Notes: a model not told the origin generated them from the letters alone. A stretch of 64,000 bases of DNA from a virus (IMGVR_UViG_3300042731_005759:112088-176087), one strand, 5' to 3'; numbered from the stretch's first letter, positions 21,391 to 30,495 are shown. Numbers and translations are program-made.

Positions 21391-22191
21391 ATGCACAATA
21401 CAACCTTCCTAAACACCGATGAAATCTTTCACTATTTAAAGGACATAAAGAAAATACCAGTCCTTTCAAACGACAGACTCAAACAAATAATCGTCGAACT
21501 TAAAGACGAAAATATCACACCACTACATCACCAAAAAATTCTTAAAGAACTAGTCATTGGTAATTTAAGATTCGTGATTAGTGTTTCAAAACAATATCAA
21601 AATCAAGGTATGGATCTCCCCGATTTAATTTCGGAGGGTAACATTGGTCTAATTAGGGCAGCCAAAGAATTCGATCCAACTAAAAAAGTGAGATTCATTT
21701 CCTATGCGGTCTGGTGGATCAAACAAAGTATTATGGCTTCTTTGAATGATAATGCAAGGACGATAAGACTTCCATCAAACATTATTCAAGACATTCAAAA
21801 ACTTAAAAAAGAACCTCTAACCGAAGAAGGAGAACATACACACACAAAAAAGGGTTCACTTTCTCTACCATATTGTGTAAGTTTAAGTGACAATATAAAT
21901 GAGGAAGGAGACCAACTGATTGATATTGTTATTAATAAAGACGCTGACGACCCTCAACAATTTGTTCAGGATGAAGAAGGAACAAAGGCGAGTGTTAGAA
22001 AGGCATTAGAAGTATTAAATGATAAAGAGAAAGTTATCATAACTAAGTACTTTGGTTTGGACGGTGTCGAATGTAATTTGGAAGACCTTGGAGAGGAATT
22101 TGGATGTACCAAAGAAAGAATTCGACAACTCAAGGAAAAGGCAATGAAGAAGTTGCGTAATGAGAGTTTTGTTCTGCTCAAGTATTTATAA
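21391..22191 (+). CDS. Phage RNA polymerase sigma factor (RpoD/sigma70 family, lacking region 1.1)
   Basis: NLRFVISVSKQY, DLISEGNIGLIRAAKEFD, FISYAVWWIKQ, RTIRLP, TKERIRQ. Confidence 0.92.
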   Translation: MHNTTFLNTDEIFHYLKDIKKIPVLSNDRLKQIIVELKDENITPLHHQKILKELVIGNLRFVISVSKQYQNQGMDLPDLISEGNIGLIRAAKEFDPTKKVRFISYAVWWIKQSIMASLNDNARTIRLPSNIIQDIQKLKKEPLTEEGEHTHTKKGSLSLPYCVSLSDNINEEGDQLIDIVINKDADDPQQFVQDEEGTKASVRKALEVLNDKEKVIITKYFGLDGVECNLEDLGEEFGCTKERIRQLKEKAMKKLRNESFVLLKYL

Positions 22192-22208
22192 GTGTAAAAT
22201 AGATTAAT

Positions 22209-22499
22209 ATGAGAAATTTTATTGACAAGTATTTCATTACCATACTATTCGTAATCCTTATTTTAACTTTTTTTAGGGGTTGTGGTGATAGTAGAGAACT
22301 ATCGGATATCAAAAAGGAAATCGAGACCATAAAAGAAAATACCTTTACAAAAGATGAGTTGGACCTTAGACTAAAAATCGAGGGACTTAAGAGTGAACAC
22401 AGAATGATACAAGCAACAGATAGAAAAATGTTCGACTTAAATAGACAATCTGAAATCGAAAAAGAGTTAGAGGTACTTCAGAAGGAGTTAAATAAGTAA
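22209..22499 (+). CDS. Small membrane-anchored coiled-coil protein (possible spanin component)
   Basis: N-terminal TM segment followed by RGCG, then a coiled coil. Confidence 0.5.
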   Translation: MRNFIDKYFITILFVILILTFFRGCGDSRELSDIKKEIETIKENTFTKDELDLRLKIEGLKSEHRMIQATDRKMFDLNRQSEIEKELEVLQKELNK

Positions 22500-23828
22500 A
22501 TGGGAAAGTGGTTCAACAAGAACTTTAGAACGATCATATATGTTGCGTTCTTAGTTCCTATTATTACCGTCGCAATCGTATCCATCTCACACGTTACTGT
22601 GTGGTATGGTATCTCAAATCCAATGTCGTGGGCACTATACCTTTCAATAGGTATTGAAATTGCCGCACTTTCTGCGTTAGCTGCGATATCAGCACAAATG
22701 GGATCAAAGGTTTATGTTCCATTTGGTATTGTTACGTTGATTCAATTCGTGGGTAACATATTTTTTGCATTTGAATTTATCAAAATAGATGCGGTACAAT
22801 TCTTATCGTGGGTTGAATTAACAGGACCCATATTAGAATACGTCGGTATTGAACAAACTGATTTACAAGCACACAGAAGATTTTTGGCAATATTTGCGGG
22901 TGGTATGTTACCACTAATTTCATTATCATTCCTACATATGTTAGTCAAGTTTAATGAAGAAAAACAGTTGGAGACAAAAGAGGAAGAGAGTGATGATACT
23001 AAAACGGTTATTGAAGAAGAAACTAAAATCAAACCTTCAGAGGAAGATTTAAATAGGTTAGAGGAACTACTTAGTAAGTTCAAACCTGAAGAAAGACCAA
23101 AAGAAGGTAAGACCATATTTGACGCACGAACAAAAGAATGGGATGAGGATGAAGTCGTTGGGAGCGAGTCACGAGAAGAGACTGTGGAAGATGACTCCTC
23201 TGATCATTTTGAGGGTATGTCTGCCGAGACAGCGTATGGTAACGCATATGCAGATGATCCGTCTTATGATGAATTACCACCTGAAGCGAGAGGTTTTAAA
23301 CCACCTGTAAATGAAGAAGAAACTTTGGATGAAGAACCACCTGAATGGTTTACAGAACAACCACCACTAACTGATGAAGAGTTAGAACAATGGGCAAAAG
23401 AATCCGAAGAGGTGGATAATCTTTATTGGAACGAACAATACCCTGAACCATCTGAAGATATCGTTGAGAAACCAAAACCAATCACTCCCAACAAATACGA
23501 AGATTTAGAAAAGTACTTGAGGGAGTCGAGATCTTGGAACACACAAAGTGATGAGGACTCGACACTACCCGATAAAGTAGAGGAGAAACAATTAGATCTT
23601 GATACAGGTGAAATTAAAGACAAAGAACCTGAGGTGACTGAAGAACTAAGAAACATTGATGTTGTTTTAGAGGAGTTACCAACTCCCGAGGGACCTAATT
23701 TCAGTGTAGATGTTCAGATTGATGAAATTCCTGAGGAAACACCTATACCCCAACCCGATTTAAATGTTGGTCAACCACTCCCTTTAGAAAATCAGGACGA
23801 AAACGAACCTGAAAAAAAAAATCAATAG
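22500..23828 (+). CDS. Four-TM membrane protein with a long acidic tail, ending at an A10 run
   Basis: Four hydrophobic helices in the first ~150 aa; Glu/Pro-rich tail. Confidence 0.75.
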   Translation: MGKWFNKNFRTIIYVAFLVPIITVAIVSISHVTVWYGISNPMSWALYLSIGIEIAALSALAAISAQMGSKVYVPFGIVTLIQFVGNIFFAFEFIKIDAVQFLSWVELTGPILEYVGIEQTDLQAHRRFLAIFAGGMLPLISLSFLHMLVKFNEEKQLETKEEESDDTKTVIEEETKIKPSEEDLNRLEELLSKFKPEERPKEGKTIFDARTKEWDEDEVVGSESREETVEDDSSDHFEGMSAETAYGNAYADDPSYDELPPEARGFKPPVNEEETLDEEPPEWFTEQPPLTDEELEQWAKESEEVDNLYWNEQYPEPSEDIVEKPKPITPNKYEDLEKYLRESRSWNTQSDEDSTLPDKVEEKQLDLDTGEIKDKEPEVTEELRNIDVVLEELPTPEGPNFSVDVQIDEIPEETPIPQPDLNVGQPLPLENQDENEPEKKNQ

Positions 23829-24169
23829 AACCTACAGATCACCCAACACCAATATTAACTTCGACACCTTTTAGTACACCGATACCAACATCTACTCCTT
23901 TTCCCACACAACTTCCTACACAAACACCATTACCAACAAATACACCAGGTCCAACACCTTACCCCACTTCAACTCTTCGACCTACTGAAACACCTTTACC
24001 TACAGTTACGGTAGAACCAACACCCACACCTCCACCTACAGAATACATAGATCAATTATATTCTGAGAGTATAAATATTGGTACCCCACCACCCATGGAA
24101 CCATTAATTAAGATGGGTGGAAAAGTAATTAGAAGAAATGTTGGAAATTCGAGACGTAGAAATAATTAA
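23822..24169 (+). CDS. PT-rich extension of 22500..23828 in the -1 frame (about 115 aa)
   Basis: Open frame SIEPTDHPTPILTSTPF...GNSRRRNN* begins right after A10 (23812-23821); no ATG until near its end. Confidence 0.6.
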   Translation, partial: SIEPTDHPTPILTSTPFSTPIPTSTPFPTQLPTQTPLPTNTPGPTPYPTSTLRPTETPLPTVTVEPTPTPPPTEYIDQLYSESINIGTPPPMEPLIKMGGKVIRRNVGNSRRRNN

Positions 24170-24743
24170 TAAAGATGAACTGAATCATCCAAAAAAGTCA
24201 TATAAGAAGAAACAAATTCTTTTATATGACACAAAAAGACGTATTGACGATTTTATCAATAAAATAAAATATCGACAAAATGGTCAATATGAGGATATAC
24301 CTCATTTTATTGTCACAAAAATGGGTGACATATACCAAATATTAGACACTAAGTATCATTCAAAAACATTCGGGGAACATAAAATAGATTGTAGACAAAT
24401 TAAGGTCGCAGTAGAAAATTTAGGTTGGTTAAATAAGAATACCATTACAGGTTATTATAGTAATTGGATTGGCGACCCACATAGATCAGATCCATTCGTT
24501 AGAAGTTGGAGAGATAAATTCTATTGGGACAGGTACACTGATGTCCAAATAGAAAGTATTATAGAACTATGTGTAAATCTTTGTAAAGAACACAATATTA
24601 AAGATAGGATAGTACCTTCTAATGGATTTATAGAAAATATAGAGAAATTCGAGGGAATTGTATGCAAATCCAACTTTTCAAATATTTATACAGATATAAA
24701 CCCTTCGTTTAATTTTAAAAAATTTACTGAGGTCGAAATTTAA
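24138..24743 (+). CDS. N-acetylmuramoyl-L-alanine amidase-like protein, apparently degenerate
   Basis: PHFIVTKMGDIYQ, VENLGWL, YTDVQIESI, DINPSF; the expected Zn-binding His residues are not seen. Confidence 0.65.
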   Translation: MLEIRDVEIINKDELNHPKKSYKKKQILLYDTKRRIDDFINKIKYRQNGQYEDIPHFIVTKMGDIYQILDTKYHSKTFGEHKIDCRQIKVAVENLGWLNKNTITGYYSNWIGDPHRSDPFVRSWRDKFYWDRYTDVQIESIIELCVNLCKEHNIKDRIVPSNGFIENIEKFEGIVCKSNFSNIYTDINPSFNFKKFTEVEI

Positions 24744-24749
24744 GATATT

Positions 24750-25238
24750 ATGAACTACGATAACACAAAAAAGATGTTGAACACACTTAGGAGACTAAAT
24801 GAGTCAACAGATCCTATTTTAGATAAAAATCTAATTAATGAACAAGAGGCGGAAAAAGAATTAAAAGACACTGTAACAGTTGTTGATGGTGTGGAAGTTA
24901 GATTAATTGCGTCCACAGATGAAGATTTAGAATTACAGAATGAATCAAAATCCGCAATAAGTCAAGTTATTGAGAATTTCAAGACACAAGTATCTGATTT
25001 AGGTGATTTAAGACCTGGTTTTACCGTACAAAGTGACCAAATTAGATTAGACGGGTCTTTACCTGATGTAGAATTAAACTTTGTTATCGTTGCGGGTAAG
25101 GAAAAGGGTGTGTATTTGAATACAAGTATGTTAAAAGTAACATATGACTTAATTGGATCAATAGACAAGTTGATAAAGTTTGAAGACGTATTTGCAGATT
25201 CAATGAATGACCTAATTTCACAAAGAAGAATAGACTAA
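24750..25238 (+). CDS. Hypothetical protein (head-protein-like N-terminus)
   Basis: KMLNTLRRLNE..LINE. Confidence 0.65.
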   Translation: MNYDNTKKMLNTLRRLNESTDPILDKNLINEQEAEKELKDTVTVVDGVEVRLIASTDEDLELQNESKSAISQVIENFKTQVSDLGDLRPGFTVQSDQIRLDGSLPDVELNFVIVAGKEKGVYLNTSMLKVTYDLIGSIDKLIKFEDVFADSMNDLISQRRID

Positions 25239-25239
25239 G

Positions 25240-25479
25240 ATGGCACTTTCAAACACAGATAAAAATCAAATTGAAAGAATTGCAAGAAGTGAGATAAAGA
25301 AATTTCTTGACGGTACACAAGCACATAAGATCGTGGTTGATATGATCAAGAAGGAGATGAACACTCGTGATATAAATGGAAAAGTAGTGGAACTCTCAAC
25401 TAAAGTTGTTGTAGAATTATTTAAACAACTATGGCAACGTAAATCCTTCTGGGAAGGACCATTAAAAAACGTTAAATAA
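25240..25479 (+). CDS. Hypothetical protein
   Basis: 79-aa ORF tightly packed in the operon. Confidence 0.65.
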   Translation: MALSNTDKNQIERIARSEIKKFLDGTQAHKIVVDMIKKEMNTRDINGKVVELSTKVVVELFKQLWQRKSFWEGPLKNVK

Positions 25480-25985
25480 TGGCAAAAGAAACAAAAGAGG
25501 CAACAATGGCGGGATCAGCGGGTTCATTTGAGGCACCGTTTGGTAGTTTTATTACTAAAAGAGAGATCTATAAGATCCACAATAAAAAGAAATACAACGA
25601 AGACGGTGATGTCAAGGAACAAGAAGGTGAATTCACCGAGGCTATGACCACAGCGACTTCAGCTGGGGGTCAATATGATGCACCTTTTGGAACAGGAAAG
25701 AAAAATCCATTAAAAATAGATGGTCCCGACTCCATAGTCAAAAGAATGAAGACTATGAGAAAAAAGAATTTCCCAATGTGGGGAGGACCTGAAGGAGTTT
25801 ACGTAAAAGTTAAAGAAAAATGTAAAAAATTCCCTTATTGTGATGAGGGAGATATAAACGCACTTGAATTCTACGAAAATGAGAAGATTAATGAGGCAGT
25901 CAGAGTAATTTCAAAAAAATACGGATTGCCATTACACGAAGTAGAAAAATTAGTGATAAATGACATAAAACGTATATTTATATAA
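25479..25985 (+). CDS. Hypothetical protein with a duplicated EA..SAG..(E/D)APFG motif
   Basis: Internal repeat; CKKFPYC. Confidence 0.65.
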   Translation: MAKETKEATMAGSAGSFEAPFGSFITKREIYKIHNKKKYNEDGDVKEQEGEFTEAMTTATSAGGQYDAPFGTGKKNPLKIDGPDSIVKRMKTMRKKNFPMWGGPEGVYVKVKEKCKKFPYCDEGDINALEFYENEKINEAVRVISKKYGLPLHEVEKLVINDIKRIFI

Positions 25986-25986
25986 T

Positions 25987-27228
25987 ATGAAAGTTTCAGA
26001 TTTAAATAGAATTATTGAAGAAACAATCTCAGAAGAGATTAAGAAATCAATCTTGGAAGAGAGTGATAAAAAGAAAACCGCATATTGTATTAAATGTGAG
26101 GGTGAATATATAGAAATATGTCACACTAAGGAAGAAGCGGAGAAAAAGTGTGAAGAGTATAACAATAATAATCCTGATAAGAAATACATTATCGAGGTAG
26201 AAACTTATGAGTCTAAAGAAGAGTTAATTGACAAGTTAGACGAAATGAGTGAAAAATTAGATTCAGAAAACATGGAAGAAAATCAGACAATCTCAGAATT
26301 AAACCACGACGACCAAAACGAAAACGCATTTGTACTTGCTGCCGATGCTGCGAGAGACAAGGGTGAAAAAGAATTTGAATTCCCTAAGGGGAGTGGTAAG
26401 ATGCACCCTGTAACAATAAAATCAGATATCGATGAGGAAGAAGTTGAAGTTCACGAAGAATTGGAAGAAGTGGAATGTGAAAAATGTGGTAAAGGTATTT
26501 GTGAGTGTGGATCAATGGAAGAAGGTTCTTGTAAGAAATGTGGAAAAGAACTTTGTGAATGTGGTGACATGTACGAGGAAGAATCTATAAATGAATCTAA
26601 TAAAAAAGTCCTTAGATTAAAAGAATCTGAATTGGTTGAGATGATCACAAAAATAGTGAACGAATCAGTACCTGGTCTACAGGCGGTTGAAAATGCACAT
26701 AAAGTGGCAGATAAAGAAACAAAAGAACATATGGCTAACGTCGACAAAAAATTAAAAGATAACCTTTCAGTAGAAGGTAACGATAATCCCGAATTTCCAA
26801 AGGCAATTGGTAAGGGTGGACCTGATACATTAGATCCTAAACAAGCGGTTCATAATACTGAAGACCAACACGAAGAAATGGAGTCAGAAAGAGGAGAACA
26901 CGCATTGGATTTAGACTATGATCATGAACCAACAGATAAGTTTAAAGATAGACTTAAAAAAGCATTAGAAGGAGATTCAACTATGGGTAATGCAGATGGT
27001 GGTAATACTATACCAACTGACACAGGTAAGAAGTTAGCAGCAACCGCTGAGAAAAGAAAGGATAGATATGAAAATCAACCAATGTATAAAAAAGATATCC
27101 AACCTGTAGCCGTAGTTAGTGAAGAAAAGGAAGAAATAACTGAAACAACAAAAGAAGAAAACAACGTTTTAGAGGAAGAAATAAAAAGAATGAAAAGTAT
27201 CTCCTCATATAACGAAAAGACTCAGTAA
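25987..27228 (+). CDS. Acidic prohead core/scaffold-like protein
   Basis: Glu-rich with many (I/L)xE sites, CxxC/CECG repeats, LKESELVEMITKIVNE, C-term EEIKRMK. Confidence 0.5.
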   Translation: MKVSDLNRIIEETISEEIKKSILEESDKKKTAYCIKCEGEYIEICHTKEEAEKKCEEYNNNNPDKKYIIEVETYESKEELIDKLDEMSEKLDSENMEENQTISELNHDDQNENAFVLAADAARDKGEKEFEFPKGSGKMHPVTIKSDIDEEEVEVHEELEEVECEKCGKGICECGSMEEGSCKKCGKELCECGDMYEEESINESNKKVLRLKESELVEMITKIVNESVPGLQAVENAHKVADKETKEHMANVDKKLKDNLSVEGNDNPEFPKAIGKGGPDTLDPKQAVHNTEDQHEEMESERGEHALDLDYDHEPTDKFKDRLKKALEGDSTMGNADGGNTIPTDTGKKLAATAEKRKDRYENQPMYKKDIQPVAVVSEEKEEITETTKEENNVLEEEIKRMKSISSYNEKTQ

Positions 27229-27271
27229 TTCCTGTTGTCTTTATTTTCTTTTTTTTGTATATTTTAATTGA

Positions 27272-27739
27272 ATGATGGAAAATAAAGACACATACTTGAA
27301 ATCTATTTTAAATAGTGACAATCTCACAGCACAATCCGAAGTATGGTATAAAGCGTACGGTATTGTATTTGAACGTGTAGAACTTTACTACGATTTCCTT
27401 AATTCATTACATATCTTAATAGATGATACTTATTTAGGTTCTGATGTCCTAATTAATGAGGAAGATCAGAAAAACCATTTTACATGGTGTTGGGAAAAAA
27501 CAATAGACAACCTTTCTAAAGAAAGAATATATCTCAAAAAAAGAGGTTACCATTACGAATACTTTTGGGAATTCTTCTTAGAGTCCTATTACTACCCCCA
27601 AATGGACGAGAGTGAGGTAAAAATCGGAGAATATATATACAAATTGTTTGATTACAATCATTCAAAAACAAGATCTGAATTAGGGGTACTTACTGAAATT
27701 TATAAATTATTAGACAAAAACCTGACTTTAAAAACTTGA
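27272..27739 (+). CDS. Hypothetical protein
   Basis: 155-aa aromatic-rich ORF. Confidence 0.65.
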   Translation: MMENKDTYLKSILNSDNLTAQSEVWYKAYGIVFERVELYYDFLNSLHILIDDTYLGSDVLINEEDQKNHFTWCWEKTIDNLSKERIYLKKRGYHYEYFWEFFLESYYYPQMDESEVKIGEYIYKLFDYNHSKTRSELGVLTEIYKLLDKNLTLKT

Positions 27740-27764
27740 CTTAGCGAAAAAAATTCCATATATT
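27736..27764 (+). promoter_or_regulatory. Sigma70-type promoter
   Basis: TTGACT-N17-TATATT. Confidence 0.7.
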
Positions 27765-27786
27765 AGTATCAAAACCGTAAAAAAAT

Positions 27787-27969
27787 ATGGAAACGTTAGT
27801 TAAGATTAAAGACTTGGTTGAGAAAATGTCAGTCGACACTCACAAGGTTTTCGAAAAGGGTAATAGATCTGCATCCATCAGAGCTAGAAAGTATGCCCAA
27901 GAAATTAAAAATCTTATTTCTGTTTATAGAAAAGAAGTCTTAGACGAAATAAAGAGACATGATAAATGA
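27787..27969 (+). CDS. Histone H1-like (Hc1-family) small basic protein
   Basis: KGNRSASIRARKYAQEIK..YRKEV matches the Hc1-like GNxxAxxRARK pattern. Confidence 0.7.
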   Translation: METLVKIKDLVEKMSVDTHKVFEKGNRSASIRARKYAQEIKNLISVYRKEVLDEIKRHDK

Positions 27970-28138
27970 AATTAAAATTTTTTTGTTTGTCCTTAGTTGT
28001 CTTTTCGTAACTAAGTTGTTATTGGAATTTGTCATTAAAATATTCCAACCAGTAACAGAACCTATGAAATTGGGGGACGTAGAAAAAGTCTCTTTGTATC
28101 TCTCAGTATCATACATAATAACATTTATAATAACATAA
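27959..28138 (+). CDS. Small two-TM membrane protein (59 aa), absent from the ORF track
   Basis: MINEIKIFLFVLSCLFVTKLLLEFV...LYLSVSYIITFIIT*; fills the gap. Confidence 0.65.
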   Translation: MINEIKIFLFVLSCLFVTKLLLEFVIKIFQPVTEPMKLGDVEKVSLYLSVSYIITFIIT

Positions 28139-28141
28139 ATA

Positions 28142-28621
28142 ATGTTTGAGATAATACAACCATTACGACCTTATTTTCATTCTCTCAGGGAGATAAAACA
28201 AAACGTATCATTAGATATTAAACTACCTGTAAATTGGAAATACGAAAAAATAGTTCAAGTATATAAAACAATTCAAATTAAAGTTCAGGATAAAAACGAT
28301 AAGACCGTTTTAATTTCTGTCATCTCTACCGCAACAGAAGAAGGATATGATACCGTTTTTAATTGTGTTACAGAAATAGTGAATAAGAATATTGAAGAGG
28401 AAAAGAAGAGAAAGTTATTCGATGATAAGGTAAGGGAAATGAGAGCAATGTTTGAACAGATGGATCTCGAACAACTTCAAAATTTAAAAATTAAAGGACA
28501 AAATGTCAAAGACACCTACGAAGAAGGACTTAGTTTGGCTGGAGACGGAGATGAAGAAGGATCAGATGGAGATAGAGAATCACAAGAAGATGATGATCAA
28601 TCAACTGAGGTCGATGAATAA
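28142..28621 (+). CDS. Hypothetical protein
   Basis: 159-aa ORF with an acidic C-terminus. Confidence 0.65.
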   Translation: MFEIIQPLRPYFHSLREIKQNVSLDIKLPVNWKYEKIVQVYKTIQIKVQDKNDKTVLISVISTATEEGYDTVFNCVTEIVNKNIEEEKKRKLFDDKVREMRAMFEQMDLEQLQNLKIKGQNVKDTYEEGLSLAGDGDEEGSDGDRESQEDDDQSTEVDE

Positions 28622-28703
28622 AGAAGATCTCTTTGTAATACCGAAAAAAGAATCTAAGTTTAAGAAATTTATAAAAAGGATATCCAAAGTATTGGGATTA
28701 TGA
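28503..28703 (+). CDS. Small hypothetical protein overlapping the upstream gene
   Basis: ATG start; ATGA overlap with the next gene; amphipathic basic C-terminus. Confidence 0.55.
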   Translation: MSKTPTKKDLVWLETEMKKDQMEIENHKKMMINQLRSMNKEDLFVIPKKESKFKKFIKRISKVLGL

Positions 28704-28945
28704 GTGAAACTGAAAAAAAGGGAGACCTACTTAATCAATTAGCAATAATATCTGATCTAATAGAAAAGGTTAATGTCGATACGAACAATAGTACTGTCTT
28801 ATTTGAGGTAAAAGAAGAGATTTACGAGGAGATTAAAGAGTACTTGGATACAAAGTATGATCAGGATATAGAAGATGAGGATAACGGTACCTTTTCGATC
28901 GCATTGGGTGATGTGGTCTTCTTATTTAGTAAGAATAGTGTCTAA
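28700..28945 (+). CDS. Small acidic hypothetical protein
   Basis: 81-aa ORF coupled to the upstream gene. Confidence 0.6.
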   Translation: MSETEKKGDLLNQLAIISDLIEKVNVDTNNSTVLFEVKEEIYEEIKEYLDTKYDQDIEDEDNGTFSIALGDVVFLFSKNSV

Positions 28946-29570
28946 ATAAAGTTTGACTATCGTAACCTTTTTTCTTTAAGATAACATAAAGGTTTTTTCT
29001 TTGATTAGTGGTAACGTCTTTCACAAAGATAAAGTTACCCTTTTTTATTTTCAGGAGATCCTCACGCAATAAATCAAAGAGTCTTTCACTATCACTTAAG
29101 TTCTTGTTACCAAACATCCTAACATCCTCCTCAATCTGTAAAAATAGTTTATTGTTAAGAGTAAAAATTTGCGCAATATCATCTACGTCCTCAAAAACCT
29201 TAATTAGTTCGTGATATCTGATGTGTTTGCGGGTTTTATAATCAAAAATCTTCTCCTCTCTCCAATATGGAATTATCTCTTTTAATCTAAAACCTTTTTG
29301 ATCGACTCCTGCCTCATATAGTCTTCCATAATCATCTCTTTTGGTGACAGTCTTTTTCTTTGCCCATCTATTATCGGGGTATATGAGTGCGAGTTCAAAA
29401 TCTAACTTTTGATTTCTTTTACCACCGTATTCTTTGACAAATCTTGGTTTCTTTTCTGTTTTTAGTTCGTACCACAAATCCCTGACAGCGGGTAGACTAA
29501 CAGTTTGATATATTAAACGTTTTCTCTTCTTATTACAAAAGAGTATGATTTTATATTTTCTTTTTTTCAT
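28926..29570 (-). CDS. Basic hypothetical protein
   Basis: 214-aa ORF in a local strand-composition switch. Confidence 0.7.
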   Translation of the reverse strand: MKKRKYKIILFCNKKRKRLIYQTVSLPAVRDLWYELKTEKKPRFVKEYGGKRNQKLDFELALIYPDNRWAKKKTVTKRDDYGRLYEAGVDQKGFRLKEIIPYWREEKIFDYKTRKHIRYHELIKVFEDVDDIAQIFTLNNKLFLQIEEDVRMFGNKNLSDSERLFDLLREDLLKIKKGNFIFVKDVTTNQRKNLYVILKKKGYDSQTLFRHYSY

Positions 29571-29719
29571 TTTAGTAGAAAGGAGAATATTGAGTATATA
29601 CCATACAGAGCCAAACCAAGTATCACTAAGAAAAATATTTTCACATATTTTTCAGTGGTCTCTATCTCTTTGAGTATCTCTTCTCTTTCTCTCTTTTTCT
29701 TACATTTCGAACACGCCAT
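29567..29719 (-). CDS. Small protein (50 aa) with MACSKC N-terminus and a C-terminal TM helix, absent from the ORF track
   Basis: MACSKCKKKRERE...IFFLVILGLALYGIYSIFSFLLK*; ATGA overlap with 28926..29570. Confidence 0.65.
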   Translation of the reverse strand: MACSKCKKKREREEILKEIETTEKYVKIFFLVILGLALYGIYSIFSFLLK

Positions 29720-29754
29720 AACATAATATAAGTAATTTATAAGTATTTATCAAT

Positions 29755-30495
29755 ATGAAATTGATGTCACTTATAGAAGAAGGGTGGTCTGAGAAATATA
29801 AAAAGTCAATTGACTGTAACAACCCAAAGGGATTTAGTCAGAAAGCACACTGTGCAGGTAGAAAAAAGAGAAACCTATCTGAAGAAGATCTTAACGACCT
29901 CAAGTACGGTAAAAAAATCACAGATGAGTATAAGAAAGACATTGAGTATTCTAAAAAAGGTCTATTCAAAGACTTTGATATAACGAAGTTTAAAAAATTA
30001 CATCCACCAAAAAATGATTCTAAGAAGGTCAAAGAAGAATTAGAATTGTTATCATCCTTACCTGAAGCTAATGATTTTGCAGAAAAACATGATAAAATAT
30101 TGGAATGTTTTGAAGAGTATGTGGATGAAAAGGGATATAAAGTATCAAAGAAAATGATGAAAGAACTTCTTGAAAGTTGTGGGGGTGTAATTATGGAACT
30201 AAAATACCATTTCGATAGACCAAGACCACAACAAGTCGCGGAGAAGTTAGGTATGGAAATTGGAGGGTTAGATTTTGATAGTGCAAAATCACCATCGTAC
30301 CCATCAGGTCACTCAACACAATCCAAACTTATAGGTGAGTATCTCTACGGTGAAACCAAAGACAAACATTTTAGAAAAATTGCAGAGAAAATTTCATTGA
30401 GTAGAAATGTTGCACGTGTACATTATGTCAGTGATTCTAAGATGGGTGAACTATTAGGTGAAAAACTCTACGAACATTATAAAAACAAAGGTTAG
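29755..30495 (+). CDS. PAP2/haloperoxidase-superfamily phosphatase with an N-terminal extension
   Basis: KYHFDRPRP, SYPSGH, SRNVARVHYVSD. Confidence 0.8.
   Translation: MKLMSLIEEGWSEKYKKSIDCNNPKGFSQKAHCAGRKKRNLSEEDLNDLKYGKKITDEYKKDIEYSKKGLFKDFDITKFKKLHPPKNDSKKVKEELELLSSLPEANDFAEKHDKILECFEEYVDEKGYKVSKKMMKELLESCGGVIMELKYHFDRPRPQQVAEKLGMEIGGLDFDSAKSPSYPSGHSTQSKLIGEYLYGETKDKHFRKIAEKISLSRNVARVHYVSDSKMGELLGEKLYEHYKNKG

Noticed and set aside
23826-23828. TAG read-through or alternative genetic code
   Set aside because: Frame 0 hits TAA about 10 codons later, and other genes end normally in TAG or TGA with high coding density
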